NCBI GenBank assembly: GCA_045596265.1
Contig: JAZOCB010000015.1
Span: forward strand, 56,534-120,533
Origin: Christensenellaceae bacterium
Lineage (GTDB): Bacteria; Bacillota; Clostridia; Christensenellales; Borkfalkiaceae
Direction: 5' to 3'
DNA: 64,000 nucleotides
The position numbers were made by a program, and so were the translations under genes. Under the pieces are notes generated by a model. The model saw nothing but the letters and a program-made list of their open reading frames with translations, was not told where the DNA came from and made no database searches. Below are positions 18,320 to 26,755 of the stretch, piece after piece. The stretch's first letter is position 1; each line of letters opens with the position of its first letter.

Positions 18320-19540
18320 ATGAACACCAAAAAGATGGAATCTTTAACAGAGCTTTACCGCGTTGGCTTTGGGCCGTCCAGCTCCCACACCATGGGGCCG
18401 GAGCGCGCCTGCCGCCTCATAAAAGAAAAATACCCCACCGCCACTGCCTTTCGGGCAATACTTTACGGCTCCCTTTCAAAGACGGGCAAGGGCCACGGCA
18501 CCGACGTGGTTATAAAAAAGACCCTTTCCCCCACCCCTTGTGAGGTGGAATTTTCCTTAGAGGAGGCGGGCTTTGACCACCCCAACACCTTTGACCTTCT
18601 GGTTTTTGAGGGGGAAGACCTTTTAAATACCGTCCGCATTGAAAGCCCCGGTGGCGGAAAAATCAACTTAAAATCCGTGACCGTTGCCCCGCCAAAGGCC
18701 GTATATCCCCACCGCTCCTTTGACGAGATCAAGTCCTTTTGTAAGGAAAAATCCATAACGCTCCCCCAATACGCCGACCTTTACGAGGGGGAAGGCCTTG
18801 ACGGATTTTTACTTTCCGTCTGGCGCAGCATGGTTGCCGCCATAGAGCGCGGCTTAAACGACGAGGGCGTCCTCCCCGGGGGGCTCGGCGTTGAAAAGAA
18901 GGCAAAAAAGCTGTATGGGGAAAGCTCCCTTTACGAAAGCGTTGAGGTCCGTGAAAACCGTCTGGTTTGCGCCTACGCCTTTGCCGTGTCAGAGCAGAAC
19001 GCCTCTTACGAGCGTATCGTCACCGCCCCCACCTGCGGCGCCGCAGGGGTTGTCCCCGCCGTCTTATACCACGAGCAAAAAAAGTGCGGCTATCCCGATG
19101 AAAAAATAGTTGAAGCCCTTAAAACCGCCGGTATCGTGGGCAATCTTATTAAGACCAACGCTTCAATTTCCGGGGCGGAATGCGGTTGCCAGGCAGAGGT
19201 CGGCACCGCCTGCGCCATGGCGGCAGCAGGTCTTGCCCAGCTCAGAGGCGCAGGCCTTGATAAAATAGAATACTCTGCAGAGATCGCCATCGAGCACCAT
19301 TTGGGGCTTACCTGCGACCCCATCTGCGGCCTTGTGCAGATCCCTTGTATAGAGCGTAACGCCGTCGCCGCCGTCAGGGCAATAAACGCCGTTATCCTTG
19401 CCAGCTTTTTAAGCGAAACAAGAAAAATTTCCTTTGACAAGGTCGTCCTTGCCATGAAGGAAACGGGCCGCGATATGCACCGCCACTACAAAGAAACCGC
19501 CGAAGGCGGCCTTGCAAAAATCAACCTGACAAATAAATAA
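18320..19540 (+). CDS. sdaA: L-serine dehydratase (iron-sulfur dependent, single-chain)
   Basis: N-terminal ELYRVGFGPSSSHTMGP and alpha-domain motifs (APTCGAAGVVPAVL, GAECGCQAEVG). Confidence 0.9.
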   Translation: MNTKKMESLTELYRVGFGPSSSHTMGPERACRLIKEKYPTATAFRAILYGSLSKTGKGHGTDVVIKKTLSPTPCEVEFSLEEAGFDHPNTFDLLVFEGEDLLNTVRIESPGGGKINLKSVTVAPPKAVYPHRSFDEIKSFCKEKSITLPQYADLYEGEGLDGFLLSVWRSMVAAIERGLNDEGVLPGGLGVEKKAKKLYGESSLYESVEVRENRLVCAYAFAVSEQNASYERIVTAPTCGAAGVVPAVLYHEQKKCGYPDEKIVEALKTAGIVGNLIKTNASISGAECGCQAEVGTACAMAAAGLAQLRGAGLDKIEYSAEIAIEHHLGLTCDPICGLVQIPCIERNAVAAVRAINAVILASFLSETRKISFDKVVLAMKETGRDMHRHYKETAEGGLAKINLTNK

Positions 19541-19545
19541 ATGCA

Positions 19546-19583
19546 AAAAGCGGACCAAATAACAAGGTCCGCTTTTATTTTTT
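19546..19583 (+). terminator. Rho-independent terminator after sdaA
   Basis: AAAAGCGGACC-loop-GGTCCGCTTTT followed by ATTTTTT. Confidence 0.85.
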
Positions 19584-19618
19584 ACCCCGACTTTTCGCCC
19601 CCACCCGCCGTTTTTTAA

Positions 19619-19652
19619 GCAAAAAAGTAGGGCTATAGGTCGGTTTTTGATT
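19619..19652 (+). repeat. 34-bp perfect direct repeat, left copy (member of the dispersed repeat family)
   Basis: GCAAAAAAGTAGGGCTATAGGTCGGTTTTTGATT, identical to 22989-23022. Confidence 0.95.
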
Positions 19653-19656
19653 AATT

Positions 19657-20958
19657 CTAGATCAGCTTTTTTTTGATTCTCCAACCTGATTTACCATTTT
19701 TTCCGATTGGCTCAATTACACCACACTCTTGCAACTTTTCACAAGACTGCCAACATTTTGTATATGTGACACCCTCAGGCAGACTCCCAACATTAATGGT
19801 TCGATTATTCTCTATATACTCATAAACCCTCTTGTCTGTTTCGCTGAAATTTGATACCTTAGCCACGTCGTGCGGTGATTGTGACTGTTGCTCATACGGG
19901 GCTGTTATATAACGTTTGTAGTTTTTCCAATATCCGTATGGATCACTTTTTTCACTACTTTCTATTTTTATGAGCGCCTTTGCGCTTTTATCAACAACTT
20001 TTTTATATTTATGATAATCAAGTAAATATGTGTCAAATTTTACCTGATTCAATATTTCTATAGCCTCATTTAATTCACGTAACTTAACAACCGGTCCTTC
20101 AAACTGAGAAAGATCTTCCTCGCAAATCTGCACGTCACCCCAGTTGCCGGAAAACAATATTTCTGCCTTATTTTCAATGATAAACATTTGCATATGATTT
20201 TCCCACTTTATTCCATGTTTATAGGCAAGAACATCCCATACTGGTTCTTTATATGCCGTGGCTATCGCGTTCTTCATTAGCCGCGGATAAGATGATATTA
20301 TATTGCCTATAATTTCTTTGGTCAATATACGTTTTAATTTATCTAAATTATTAATAATATCATCCCACTTTAGGCTTTTATTGCAAAAATATATTTTTTC
20401 AAGCTCCCAAATATAGGCGTCTTGATCCTCAATATTAACAACATACTTGTTTAATACTTCAGACACGTACTCCTCCCTGCTTCTATCATTACAAAAACAC
20501 GGACAATTTTGATTTTTGCGAAAATACGGACTATATTCCCATTTTACATAGATATATTTCCTAATATAATCAAGCTCAATCCTTTGCTCGTCAGTGATTT
20601 TGTTTGTCATTTCAAAATACAAAAGCTTATATACATTTTTATTGATATTTTTAAGCTTTTGCGAAAAATCAAGCAAAGCGCCCCCGTCTAAAGTATCCAG
20701 AATTTTCTTAAAATCGTAATTCTCAATATCATACAACCTTTGGCACTTTTCCTCAATACTTTCTTCGCCAAAACGCTCACTTAATAAATTATCGATTGAA
20801 ATAGAAAAAAGCTTGGATAGGGTGTAAAGGGTCTTAAGCTTTATGTTTTGCATATTTTCCCACTGACTTACCGCAGCCGGACTAATACCCAGCATTGCCG
20901 CAAGCTCACTCTGTTTTAAATTATTTCTTTTTAAAAGCTCATAAATGTAAGCGTTCAT
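19657..20958 (-). CDS. XRE-family HTH protein with a long uncharacterised C-terminal region (433 aa)
   Basis: N-terminal HTH (LKQSELAAMLGISPAAVSQWENMQ). The C-terminal end looks winged-helix-like (VYEYIENNRTINVGSLPEG...LQECGVIEPIG). It overlaps the upstream gene by 20 nt. Confidence 0.8.
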   Translation of the reverse strand: MNAYIYELLKRNNLKQSELAAMLGISPAAVSQWENMQNIKLKTLYTLSKLFSISIDNLLSERFGEESIEEKCQRLYDIENYDFKKILDTLDGGALLDFSQKLKNINKNVYKLLYFEMTNKITDEQRIELDYIRKYIYVKWEYSPYFRKNQNCPCFCNDRSREEYVSEVLNKYVVNIEDQDAYIWELEKIYFCNKSLKWDDIINNLDKLKRILTKEIIGNIISSYPRLMKNAIATAYKEPVWDVLAYKHGIKWENHMQMFIIENKAEILFSGNWGDVQICEEDLSQFEGPVVKLRELNEAIEILNQVKFDTYLLDYHKYKKVVDKSAKALIKIESSEKSDPYGYWKNYKRYITAPYEQQSQSPHDVAKVSNFSETDKRVYEYIENNRTINVGSLPEGVTYTKCWQSCEKLQECGVIEPIGKNGKSGWRIKKKLI

Positions 20959-22357
20959 CTTCTGCCCTCTCCGTTATTGAAAAATATTTTTCTCTTATTT
21001 TTTCTAAAGATAAATTATCTAAGTCAGCTAATAATTCCATGGTTTTTTCTTTGTTGCGATTTTTATTATATGCACTGTAACTGGTGCTTTTAATAATTTT
21101 AACTTCATAATCCACAGCATCGGATTTAACCGAATCCCTTATAGATTCTTCTTCGCTTTGAATATCATCAATACCCACAAATGAGTCGTATGTTTCAACG
21201 TACTCCCTCTGCCCTTGTGACAACATTTCTTCAAGCGGCTCTAATTCTTCCTCTTTTATGACATATGGCGTTGGGAAGCAACTTATCTCACGATTTTTTT
21301 TCGTGTTTTTTATTAGATAATGCAGTTTTTTTCCGTCTTTATACATATACGCTTTAATCGGCGCCTTAAACTGATTAAAACCTTTTTTCAATGAATCAAG
21401 AATATTTCTTTTTACTTTATCATTCACAATGTAACCCAATAACATATCGTTTAAGCGCGCACCACACTCAATGAGCAGCTTAATGGCTTTTTTTGTCAGG
21501 TCTTCTTTATCGTATATAATGTTAAATTTCTTTAAAAACACATTGCTATCTTCTTCTCCATCTTCATGAACAACATCGTTTTTCTGAACAAAAACCAACA
21601 ATATATCCTTATAAAAATCAGGACATGCCTCAATGCGTTTGATCCATAATCTTCTTTCATCACCACGACTTATAACCGCCTGGCATAAATCATCTATATA
21701 ATCCATCTTAAAATGATAGTCAAAATTTTTATATGCTTCCCATATTTTTTCTTCTTTACTTGCCCTATGCATTAACGCACTTTGCTTTCTTATCTTGAAC
21801 TTTATCTCTGCGATTGACGGTTTTTTCTTTATATGCGCTACACGCTCTTCTGGCAACATTGCGGACATCTCGCTATCTGGCAAAAAATCTTTAACTTCAT
21901 AAAAATATTTACATATAAAGTCAAATTCCCTTTCTTCGTTGACGGAAAGTGAATTATCTACCAGTTTACCTAAAAGTAGATTAAACCTCGCCTCAATCGC
22001 CGTTTCTTGCTCCTTAAGCGCCCAATACGTCTCCCTGTTTTTTACACGCTGAGACCATTCCGTGTCATAAGGAAAATACTCATACTTATACCTGAAATCA
22101 TCTTCACGTTCTCTTTCACCGTTTAAAATTTCATCCATAGTAACGCCATAAAATCTTGACAACGCTTGAAGATTTTCAATTGACGGTAAAGCCTCTCCTC
22201 TCTCCCATTTGCTCACAGTTTCTTTAGAAATAAAGTCATTAACGCTATCCGAAAGGAATTCTGTAAACACTCCCGGCATGCTTTCTTGAGTCAGTCCCTT
22301 CTCTTTTCTCAAGTCGCTTAAAAAATTACCTATTCTCTTCTTATCCATAGTAACCAC
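20939..22357 (-). CDS. XRE-family HTH protein with a long uncharacterised C-terminal region (472 aa)
   Basis: N-terminal HTH (LRKEKGLTQESM...VSKWERGEALPSIENLQALSRFYGVTMDEIL). It shows weak similarity to the downstream 433-aa protein (EREFDFICKYFYEV versus QRIELDYIRKYIYV). It overlaps the upstream gene by 17 nt. Confidence 0.8.
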   Translation of the reverse strand: MVTMDKKRIGNFLSDLRKEKGLTQESMPGVFTEFLSDSVNDFISKETVSKWERGEALPSIENLQALSRFYGVTMDEILNGEREREDDFRYKYEYFPYDTEWSQRVKNRETYWALKEQETAIEARFNLLLGKLVDNSLSVNEEREFDFICKYFYEVKDFLPDSEMSAMLPEERVAHIKKKPSIAEIKFKIRKQSALMHRASKEEKIWEAYKNFDYHFKMDYIDDLCQAVISRGDERRLWIKRIEACPDFYKDILLVFVQKNDVVHEDGEEDSNVFLKKFNIIYDKEDLTKKAIKLLIECGARLNDMLLGYIVNDKVKRNILDSLKKGFNQFKAPIKAYMYKDGKKLHYLIKNTKKNREISCFPTPYVIKEEELEPLEEMLSQGQREYVETYDSFVGIDDIQSEEESIRDSVKSDAVDYEVKIIKSTSYSAYNKNRNKEKTMELLADLDNLSLEKIREKYFSITERAEDERLHL

Positions 22358-22727
22358 CTAATAATATTTTTTTAAATTCAAACTCTAATATTTTCCATTT
22401 TTTATATTGATAATTGCTTCTGCTCTTTTTTTTGATTGCCAACTTTTTTTCTTCGGTAATTCCGTAAAGTAACAATCGTTTTTGCTCTGACGAGTTGTGA
22501 ATATGAAAATACTGATCATTTTTATGTTTGATTTTACCTGCTATGTATTCTTCACGGGTTATTTGTTTAACATAAATAATCGCATCTTTCTGGTGATGCT
22601 TGACCCGTGGAGTATACCTTACAATCAAAGCCGCATCTTTCGCTGATTCCGATTGAACATAAAAATCTTTCAGTAAATATTTATTTCTCCCAACATGCCC
22701 GCATTTTGCTCTAACTTCAAAAAACAT
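22341..22727 (-). CDS. Hypothetical basic protein (128 aa), first gene of the cassette
   Basis: ORF with codon usage like the two HTH genes. GGAGGTG lies upstream of the ATG. No family recognised. Confidence 0.65.
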   Translation of the reverse strand: MFFEVRAKCGHVGRNKYLLKDFYVQSESAKDAALIVRYTPRVKHHQKDAIIYVKQITREEYIAGKIKHKNDQYFHIHNSSEQKRLLLYGITEEKKLAIKKKSRSNYQYKKWKILEFEFKKILLGGYYG

Positions 22728-22923
22728 TTCAGCACCTCCTGCAAAAACATGATAACATTTTGCAAAAAAAAGCGCAATGCAGTGTTTCTTAAATACGTAT
22801 CTTAATTTTTTGAAATAAATTAAGTATCAATACGAGTATAGCATAATTGACGACTTAACACAAAAGTATTTACAAACAATAAAAAAAATATATGCTAACA
22901 ATTTTTAAGAACAATAATAAAAT

Positions 22924-22948
22924 AAAGACGGAAATAAATTCCGTCTTT
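22924..22948 (-). terminator. Stem-loop at the right inner edge of the cassette
   Basis: AAAGACGG-AAATAAATT-CCGTCTTT, T-rich on the minus strand afterwards. It would stop read-through from veg into the cassette. Confidence 0.5.
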
Positions 22949-22988
22949 ATTAATCTAATAAGATTTTTTCACAGCACACAAAAAATTT

Positions 22989-23022
22989 GCAAAAAAGTAG
23001 GGCTATAGGTCGGTTTTTGATT
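22989..23022 (+). repeat. 34-bp perfect direct repeat, right copy
   Basis: Identical to 19619-19652. Confidence 0.95.
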
Positions 23023-23044
23023 GTTTTTTAAAAAAGTCTAAAGC

Positions 23045-23281
23045 TTAAAGCTTTTTTATCATCACGCTGCCCATTAAAATTTCCGAATAAGAAAAGCTTG
23101 TTTTGCCAAGGTAAGGGCTTTCGGGTCGCACGGTAAAAAGCGCGCCGTAGACCCCTGTGACCTCCCCCACGTAAGACGCCATTTTGTTGCGGCCAAGGTT
23201 TTGGGTAACCTTGACCCTTTTTTCTGCCAAAAGGCCGATGGCCCTTTTTACACTTTCAATATTGCCGGTCGATTTTATCAT
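23045..23281 (-). CDS. veg: Veg-family protein (DUF1021)
   Basis: IESVKRAIGLLAEKRVKVTQNLGRNKMASYVGEVTGVYGALFTV...SFSYSEIL parallels B. subtilis Veg. The internal Met (MIKSTG) is preferred over the ORF start at 23329. Confidence 0.7.
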   Translation of the reverse strand: MIKSTGNIESVKRAIGLLAEKRVKVTQNLGRNKMASYVGEVTGVYGALFTVRPESPYLGKTSFSYSEILMGSVMIKKL

Positions 23282-23323
23282 AAAATTATTATATCCAAAT
23301 TTTGCCTTTTTAAACAAAATATG

Positions 23324-23342
23324 GGGCAATAAGCCGATTATC
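23324..23342 (+). repeat. Dispersed repeat family, partial copy
   Basis: GGGGCAATAAGCCGATTATC. Confidence 0.5.
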
Positions 23343-23430
23343 CCTTTATTTTAATAAAAACCCACAGTTTTTTTCAAGAAAAAAGCGCACGGGAGATACC
23401 TCGTGCGCAAATTTTTATTAAACGTCAAAA

Positions 23431-23952
23431 TTAAATGTCAAAGTCGTCGGCCTCGTCGTCCTCTTCTTCCTCGTCTTCGTCATAATCCTCTTCAAAGTCG
23501 CGTTCGTCAATGGGGAAGTATTCAAAGTCGTCGTCGGGGGAGGAGATTTCTTCTTCCATATAGTCTTCCTCTTCCTCGTCCTCGAACATCTGGGCGGCTT
23601 CCTCCTGCTCCAGCTGGGTTAAGGAGATTTCCTCCTCGTCGGCCTTGATAAGGTCTTCCTTCTCGTCGTCGTCAAGGTATTTCTTCCATTCCTCGTCCTT
23701 ATCCATGTCTATTTCCCTTTCGGTGTCGTACTTGGACTTTTCACGACAGCTTTCGCACATGTCCTCGGAAGCTAAAATGGTATTCTGCCTGCAGACGGGG
23801 CATAATTTTTCCATAGAATCCTCATCCTCGTCGTCAACGGCAAACAAAAGGCCGGGGCCGATTTTAAGCTCTGCCTTGCAAACGCCGCAGTATTCTTCAT
23901 CTTCAAGTATATAATTAAGCTCACATCTTGGGCAAAGTTTGTATTTCGCCAT
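23431..23952 (-). CDS. Double zinc-ribbon protein with an extremely acidic C-terminal tail
   Basis: CPRC...CGVC and CPVC...CESC pairs are followed by about 100 aa of Asp/Glu-rich sequence. The antisense Arg/Pro-rich ORF is an artefact. Confidence 0.7.
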   Translation of the reverse strand: MAKYKLCPRCELNYILEDEEYCGVCKAELKIGPGLLFAVDDEDEDSMEKLCPVCRQNTILASEDMCESCREKSKYDTEREIDMDKDEEWKKYLDDDEKEDLIKADEEEISLTQLEQEEAAQMFEDEEEEDYMEEEISSPDDDFEYFPIDERDFEEDYDEDEEEEDDEADDFDI

Positions 23953-24253
23953 AAACAAGCCTCCAAAGGGTTACCTAAATATTTCAAGTGGCATTATTAT
24001 AGTAATATTGTTTTAATTTGTAAACTGTTTTTATGCGACTTTTTTAATTTTTTTTAAAATTTCACGGCAAAACTTGTTTTTTTTCCGCCTTTTTACCCGT
24101 CCGTCACAAAAAAACCGTTATTTTTCCGTATGCTATTGGGCAAAACGCCCCTTTTTAGCTGCGCCCCGCCGTTCACGCCCAAAGGCTTTTTTGCCTGATT
24201 TTAAAAACGCACGCCTTCACGATCAAAGCCCACGCTTTTTCAGCATCCCCCAA

Positions 24254-24280
24254 AAAAAGTCAGCCCATAAGCCCGTTATC
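24254..24280 (+). repeat. Dispersed repeat family copy
   Basis: AAAAAGTCAGCCCATAAGCCCGTTATC. Confidence 0.6.
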
Positions 24281-24491
24281 GCCTCTTTTCGGCCTGATGG
24301 CCAACCGTCCGAAGGCTGCAAAAATAAGTCACCCGCTCCCCTTTAACGGCCGCATCCTGCGCCAAAAAAACGGCCCGTAACAAACAAATGCAGAGATAAG
24401 GCACCAAGGCCCCTCTCTGCATTATATGCAAGCCGACAAAAAACTTGTATTAAATTTGATTTTTCAGATCCAATGCACCCAAATAAGGCCC

Positions 24492-25223
24492 CTACGCCCG
24501 ATTATTTTCAAGGATCATTTTATCCGCAACGAGGGCAATAAACTCCCCATTGGTAGGCTTTTCGTTGCCCACGTAAGCCCTTACGCCAAAGACGGAATTT
24601 ATTGTATCTGTGCGATTTCTGTTCCAGGCCACCTCAATGGCGTGGCGAATGGCCCTTTCCACCTTGGACGGGGTGGTTTCGTACTTGTCGCCGATCATGG
24701 GATAAAGCTTTTTGGTAATGCTGTTGACCACCATCGGGTCGGCAACCGCAATCTTCACCCCCTCACGCAGGTAAAAATACCCCTTGATGTGGGGCGGTAT
24801 GCCCACCGAAAGGAAAATGCGGCTGATGCGTTCCTCCAAGGACCGCCCTTGCCTGTCAAACCCCTCCGCGCCCGAAAAAATATCGTCGATACGGGATAAA
24901 AGCACATCTTTTTTAAGGGGCTTTGTAAGATAATAGCTCGCCCCCGCACCCATGGCACGACGGACTATCTCCTCGTGGGAGATTGCGCTTAAAACAAGGA
25001 CCTTTCCGCCGGCGCGGGAAATAACCTCCAGCCCGTCCGCACCCGTCAGTACCATACCCGTCACCACAAGGTCGGGTGAAAGCTCCTTTAAAATATCCAA
25101 ACCCCTTTCGCCATCGGTCGTTTCACCGACGATTTCGTACTTATCCGAGGGCAATACACTTTTTATTTCTTCAACGTCGTTTTGATTTTCTCCAATAAGT
25201 AAAACCGTGCGATGTGCCATCAA
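24492..25223 (-). CDS. spo0A: Spo0A-like transcription factor with a degenerate receiver domain
   Basis: The C-terminal domain is nearly diagnostic for Spo0A (GIPPHIKGYFYLREG...SKVERAIRHAIEVAW...KPTNGEFIALVADK). In the receiver, the B. subtilis positions DD(10/11) read GE, and the phospho-acceptor context LVLDIIMP reads VVTGMVLT. Confidence 0.8.
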   Translation of the reverse strand: MMAHRTVLLIGENQNDVEEIKSVLPSDKYEIVGETTDGERGLDILKELSPDLVVTGMVLTGADGLEVISRAGGKVLVLSAISHEEIVRRAMGAGASYYLTKPLKKDVLLSRIDDIFSGAEGFDRQGRSLEERISRIFLSVGIPPHIKGYFYLREGVKIAVADPMVVNSITKKLYPMIGDKYETTPSKVERAIRHAIEVAWNRNRTDTINSVFGVRAYVGNEKPTNGEFIALVADKMILENNRA

Positions 25224-25282
25224 AAAAACTTCCTGAAATTATTTATAGTGAGAGTATATCACATCCCACTTAAAAACACAAT

Positions 25283-25327
25283 AAATTTTGAATTGAATTT
25301 TGAACGAATTTTGAACGAATTTTGAAT
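25283..25327. repeat. Array of four phased 11/12-bp repeats (GAATTTTGAAC), proximal
   Basis: AAATTTTGAAT TGAATTTTGAAC GAATTTTGAAC GAATTTTGAAT, immediately followed by a 0A box. Confidence 0.9.
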
Positions 25328-25332
25328 ATTTT

Positions 25333-25339
25333 TGTCGAA
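25333..25339 (+). promoter_or_regulatory. Spo0A-binding 0A box (TGTCGAA)
   Basis: Exact TGNCGAA match, 110 bp upstream of the spo0A-like start. Confidence 0.55.
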
Positions 25340-25409
25340 ACACATTTCACCCTCTAATAAAATCGACATTTTTCGGCTTTAAACCACATATTTTGCCGCA
25401 CTTAAACTT

Positions 25410-25416
25410 TGTCGAA
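25410..25416 (+). promoter_or_regulatory. Spo0A-binding 0A box (TGTCGAA)
   Basis: Exact match that fuses directly into the second 11-bp repeat array. Confidence 0.55.
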
Positions 25417-25458
25417 TTTTGAACGAATTTTGAATTAAATTTTGAACGAATTTTGAAC
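25414..25458. repeat. Array of four phased 11/12-bp repeats (GAATTTTGAAC), distal
   Basis: GAATTTTGAAC GAATTTTGAAT TAAATTTTGAAC GAATTTTGAAC. Confidence 0.9.
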
Positions 25459-25470
25459 GCTCCCCAAAAA

Positions 25471-25502
25471 ATCAACAAAAAAAGCGGGGGCAGCCCCCCC
25501 GC
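25471..25502 (-). terminator. Rho-independent terminator of 25512..26054
   Basis: Minus strand: GCGGGGG-loop-CCCCCGC followed by a T-run. Confidence 0.75.
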
Positions 25503-25511
25503 AAAATGCTT

Positions 25512-26054
25512 TTATCTTTTTTCAAAATCATAAACGACCACCCCCGACAGGATAACCTCTGCCCCCGGGATAAGCCCTCCCCCGTCGTAAAGGTATTCCG
25601 TGCGGTCGCGGTAAAATCTTACGCCCATTAATAAAAGCTCCTCTCCGTAATCCTCGCAAGTAAGCGTAGGCGGCGCAAAAGCCTCCTCACGGGCGCCCGA
25701 TCCGTCGGTTTTGGCAAGGCCCCCTGCCGTAAACATAACACCGCCCTTAAGGGAATAATCGTGATAAAAGGTAACCTTAATAAGTCCGCCGTCCACCGTC
25801 GCCCTCACCTTGAGCGTGGCGCTTTTGTCGCTTGCGGGGCTTTTCAGCCCTTGGCTTACGGTATCGCCACCTAAAACAAGGGTGACCTCCTCATTTAAAA
25901 AGACAGTTTTCTTTATATATTGACTGCTGTCAAAAAACAGATCGTATCCTTTTGTCCAAAAGGCAAATATTCCGCTGAAAAAACCCATCGTCACAAGCCC
26001 AAGGCACAGGGCAACCCCAATCGCCACAAGCCTTATCTTAAGCTTTTTATCCAT
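25512..26054 (-). CDS. Membrane-anchored hypothetical protein
   Basis: MDKKLKIRLVAIGVALCLGLVTMGFF signal-anchor followed by a soluble beta-rich domain. The internal Met at 26054 is preferred over the ORF start at 26150. Confidence 0.65.
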   Translation of the reverse strand: MDKKLKIRLVAIGVALCLGLVTMGFFSGIFAFWTKGYDLFFDSSQYIKKTVFLNEEVTLVLGGDTVSQGLKSPASDKSATLKVRATVDGGLIKVTFYHDYSLKGGVMFTAGGLAKTDGSGAREEAFAPPTLTCEDYGEELLLMGVRFYRDRTEYLYDGGGLIPGAEVILSGVVVYDFEKR

Positions 26055-26156
26055 AATATACCTTCTTTGCTTTATTATCCCCCAAATTATACCACTGTCC
26101 GCGGCAGTTGTCAACGGGGACAGAAAAGAAAAGCAATACAGGCAAAACAAAAATAT

Positions 26157-26198
26157 AAAAAAGTAGGCCTATATGCCCGTTATCGGACATATAGGCCT
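26157..26198 (-). terminator. 11-bp perfect hairpin (bidirectional terminator) built on a dispersed-repeat copy
   Basis: AAAAAAGT-AGGCCTATATG-CCCGTTATCGGA-CATATAGGCCT-TTTGTTTTT. It sits directly downstream of 26206..26670. Confidence 0.75.
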
Positions 26199-26205
26199 TT
26201 TGTTT

Positions 26206-26670
26206 TTAATTTTTAATCATATTGTTTTTTATCTTATTTACCATCTCTGTCGAAAAATCGTTCTTATACACCTTTACACAATAATGCTTATTGTTAAATG
26301 CCGATACATGACCAAATCTATTTGCTTTTGGTCTATCGTCGATAAAAATGTAAAAATCTTGACCGATGATCTGATCATATCTCAGCTTTTTTTCTTCAAT
26401 TGAAACAATATCCTTGATATAAACAATATTTTTTACACATAGGGCACTTCTGACAATAATTACGTTATCGAAGAACTCAACCCATTCGCGATCTATCAGA
26501 TTTTTTAGAGCGCAAACCCTTCTAATCAAAAACACATATACCAACAATACACATATAGTCACAATAATATCGCGCCAACAGATCATCAAAGCCAACGGAA
26601 GTATTAGGGACAAAAAGAATCTAATAACTTTTACCTTAACAAATTTTTTGTCTGGCTCTAAATAAAACAT
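26206..26670 (-). CDS. Putative RHS-toxin immunity protein, second (orphan) paralogue
   Basis: Two N-terminal TM helices plus a soluble domain clearly homologous to 26756..27265 (VKNIVYIKDIV.I.E..L.Y......DFY..ID.RP....F.H.S..NNK.YCV..YK.D.S.EMVNKI). AAGGAGG RBS. Confidence 0.7.
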   Translation of the reverse strand: MFYLEPDKKFVKVKVIRFFLSLILPLALMICWRDIIVTICVLLVYVFLIRRVCALKNLIDREWVEFFDNVIIVRSALCVKNIVYIKDIVSIEEKKLRYDQIIGQDFYIFIDDRPKANRFGHVSAFNNKHYCVKVYKNDFSTEMVNKIKNNMIKN

Positions 26671-26755
26671 ATTTTAGCCTCCTTATTTACAAAAAACAAA
26701 GACATCATCTATCCTGTAACAAAAACACCCGAAATGTTATGTTAGTAAAAAAATA

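Larger units (their letters stand above)
19653..22988 (-). mobile_element. AT-rich 3.3-kb inserted cassette (three overlapping genes, no recombinase) bounded by the 34-bp direct repeats
   Basis: Sharp compositional drop relative to sdaA and veg. Bracketed by identical 34-mers. It sits in a convergent intergenic region. Confidence 0.55.

Noticed and set aside
23403-23914. Arg/Pro-rich and Ser-rich plus-strand ORFs (81 aa, 89 aa)
   Set aside because: They are mirror images of the acidic tail of the zinc-ribbon gene on the minus strand (GAx codons read in reverse).
24074-24346. 90-aa ORF downstream of the spo0A-like gene
   Set aside because: It has a TTG-type start with no RBS, a Pro/Arg-rich product, and contains a dispersed-repeat copy. 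It is probably non-coding spacer.
25301-25320. Reading the repeat junction TTGAACGAA as additional 0A boxes
   Set aside because: It has one extra base relative to TGNCGAA. Only the two exact TGTCGAA sites are called.
25283-25458. Considered whether the short repeat arrays (and the 54-bp tandem at 15825) could be a CRISPR array
   Set aside because: The units are 11 bp with no spacers, or only two identical 54-bp units. No cas genes are present. This is not CRISPR architecture.
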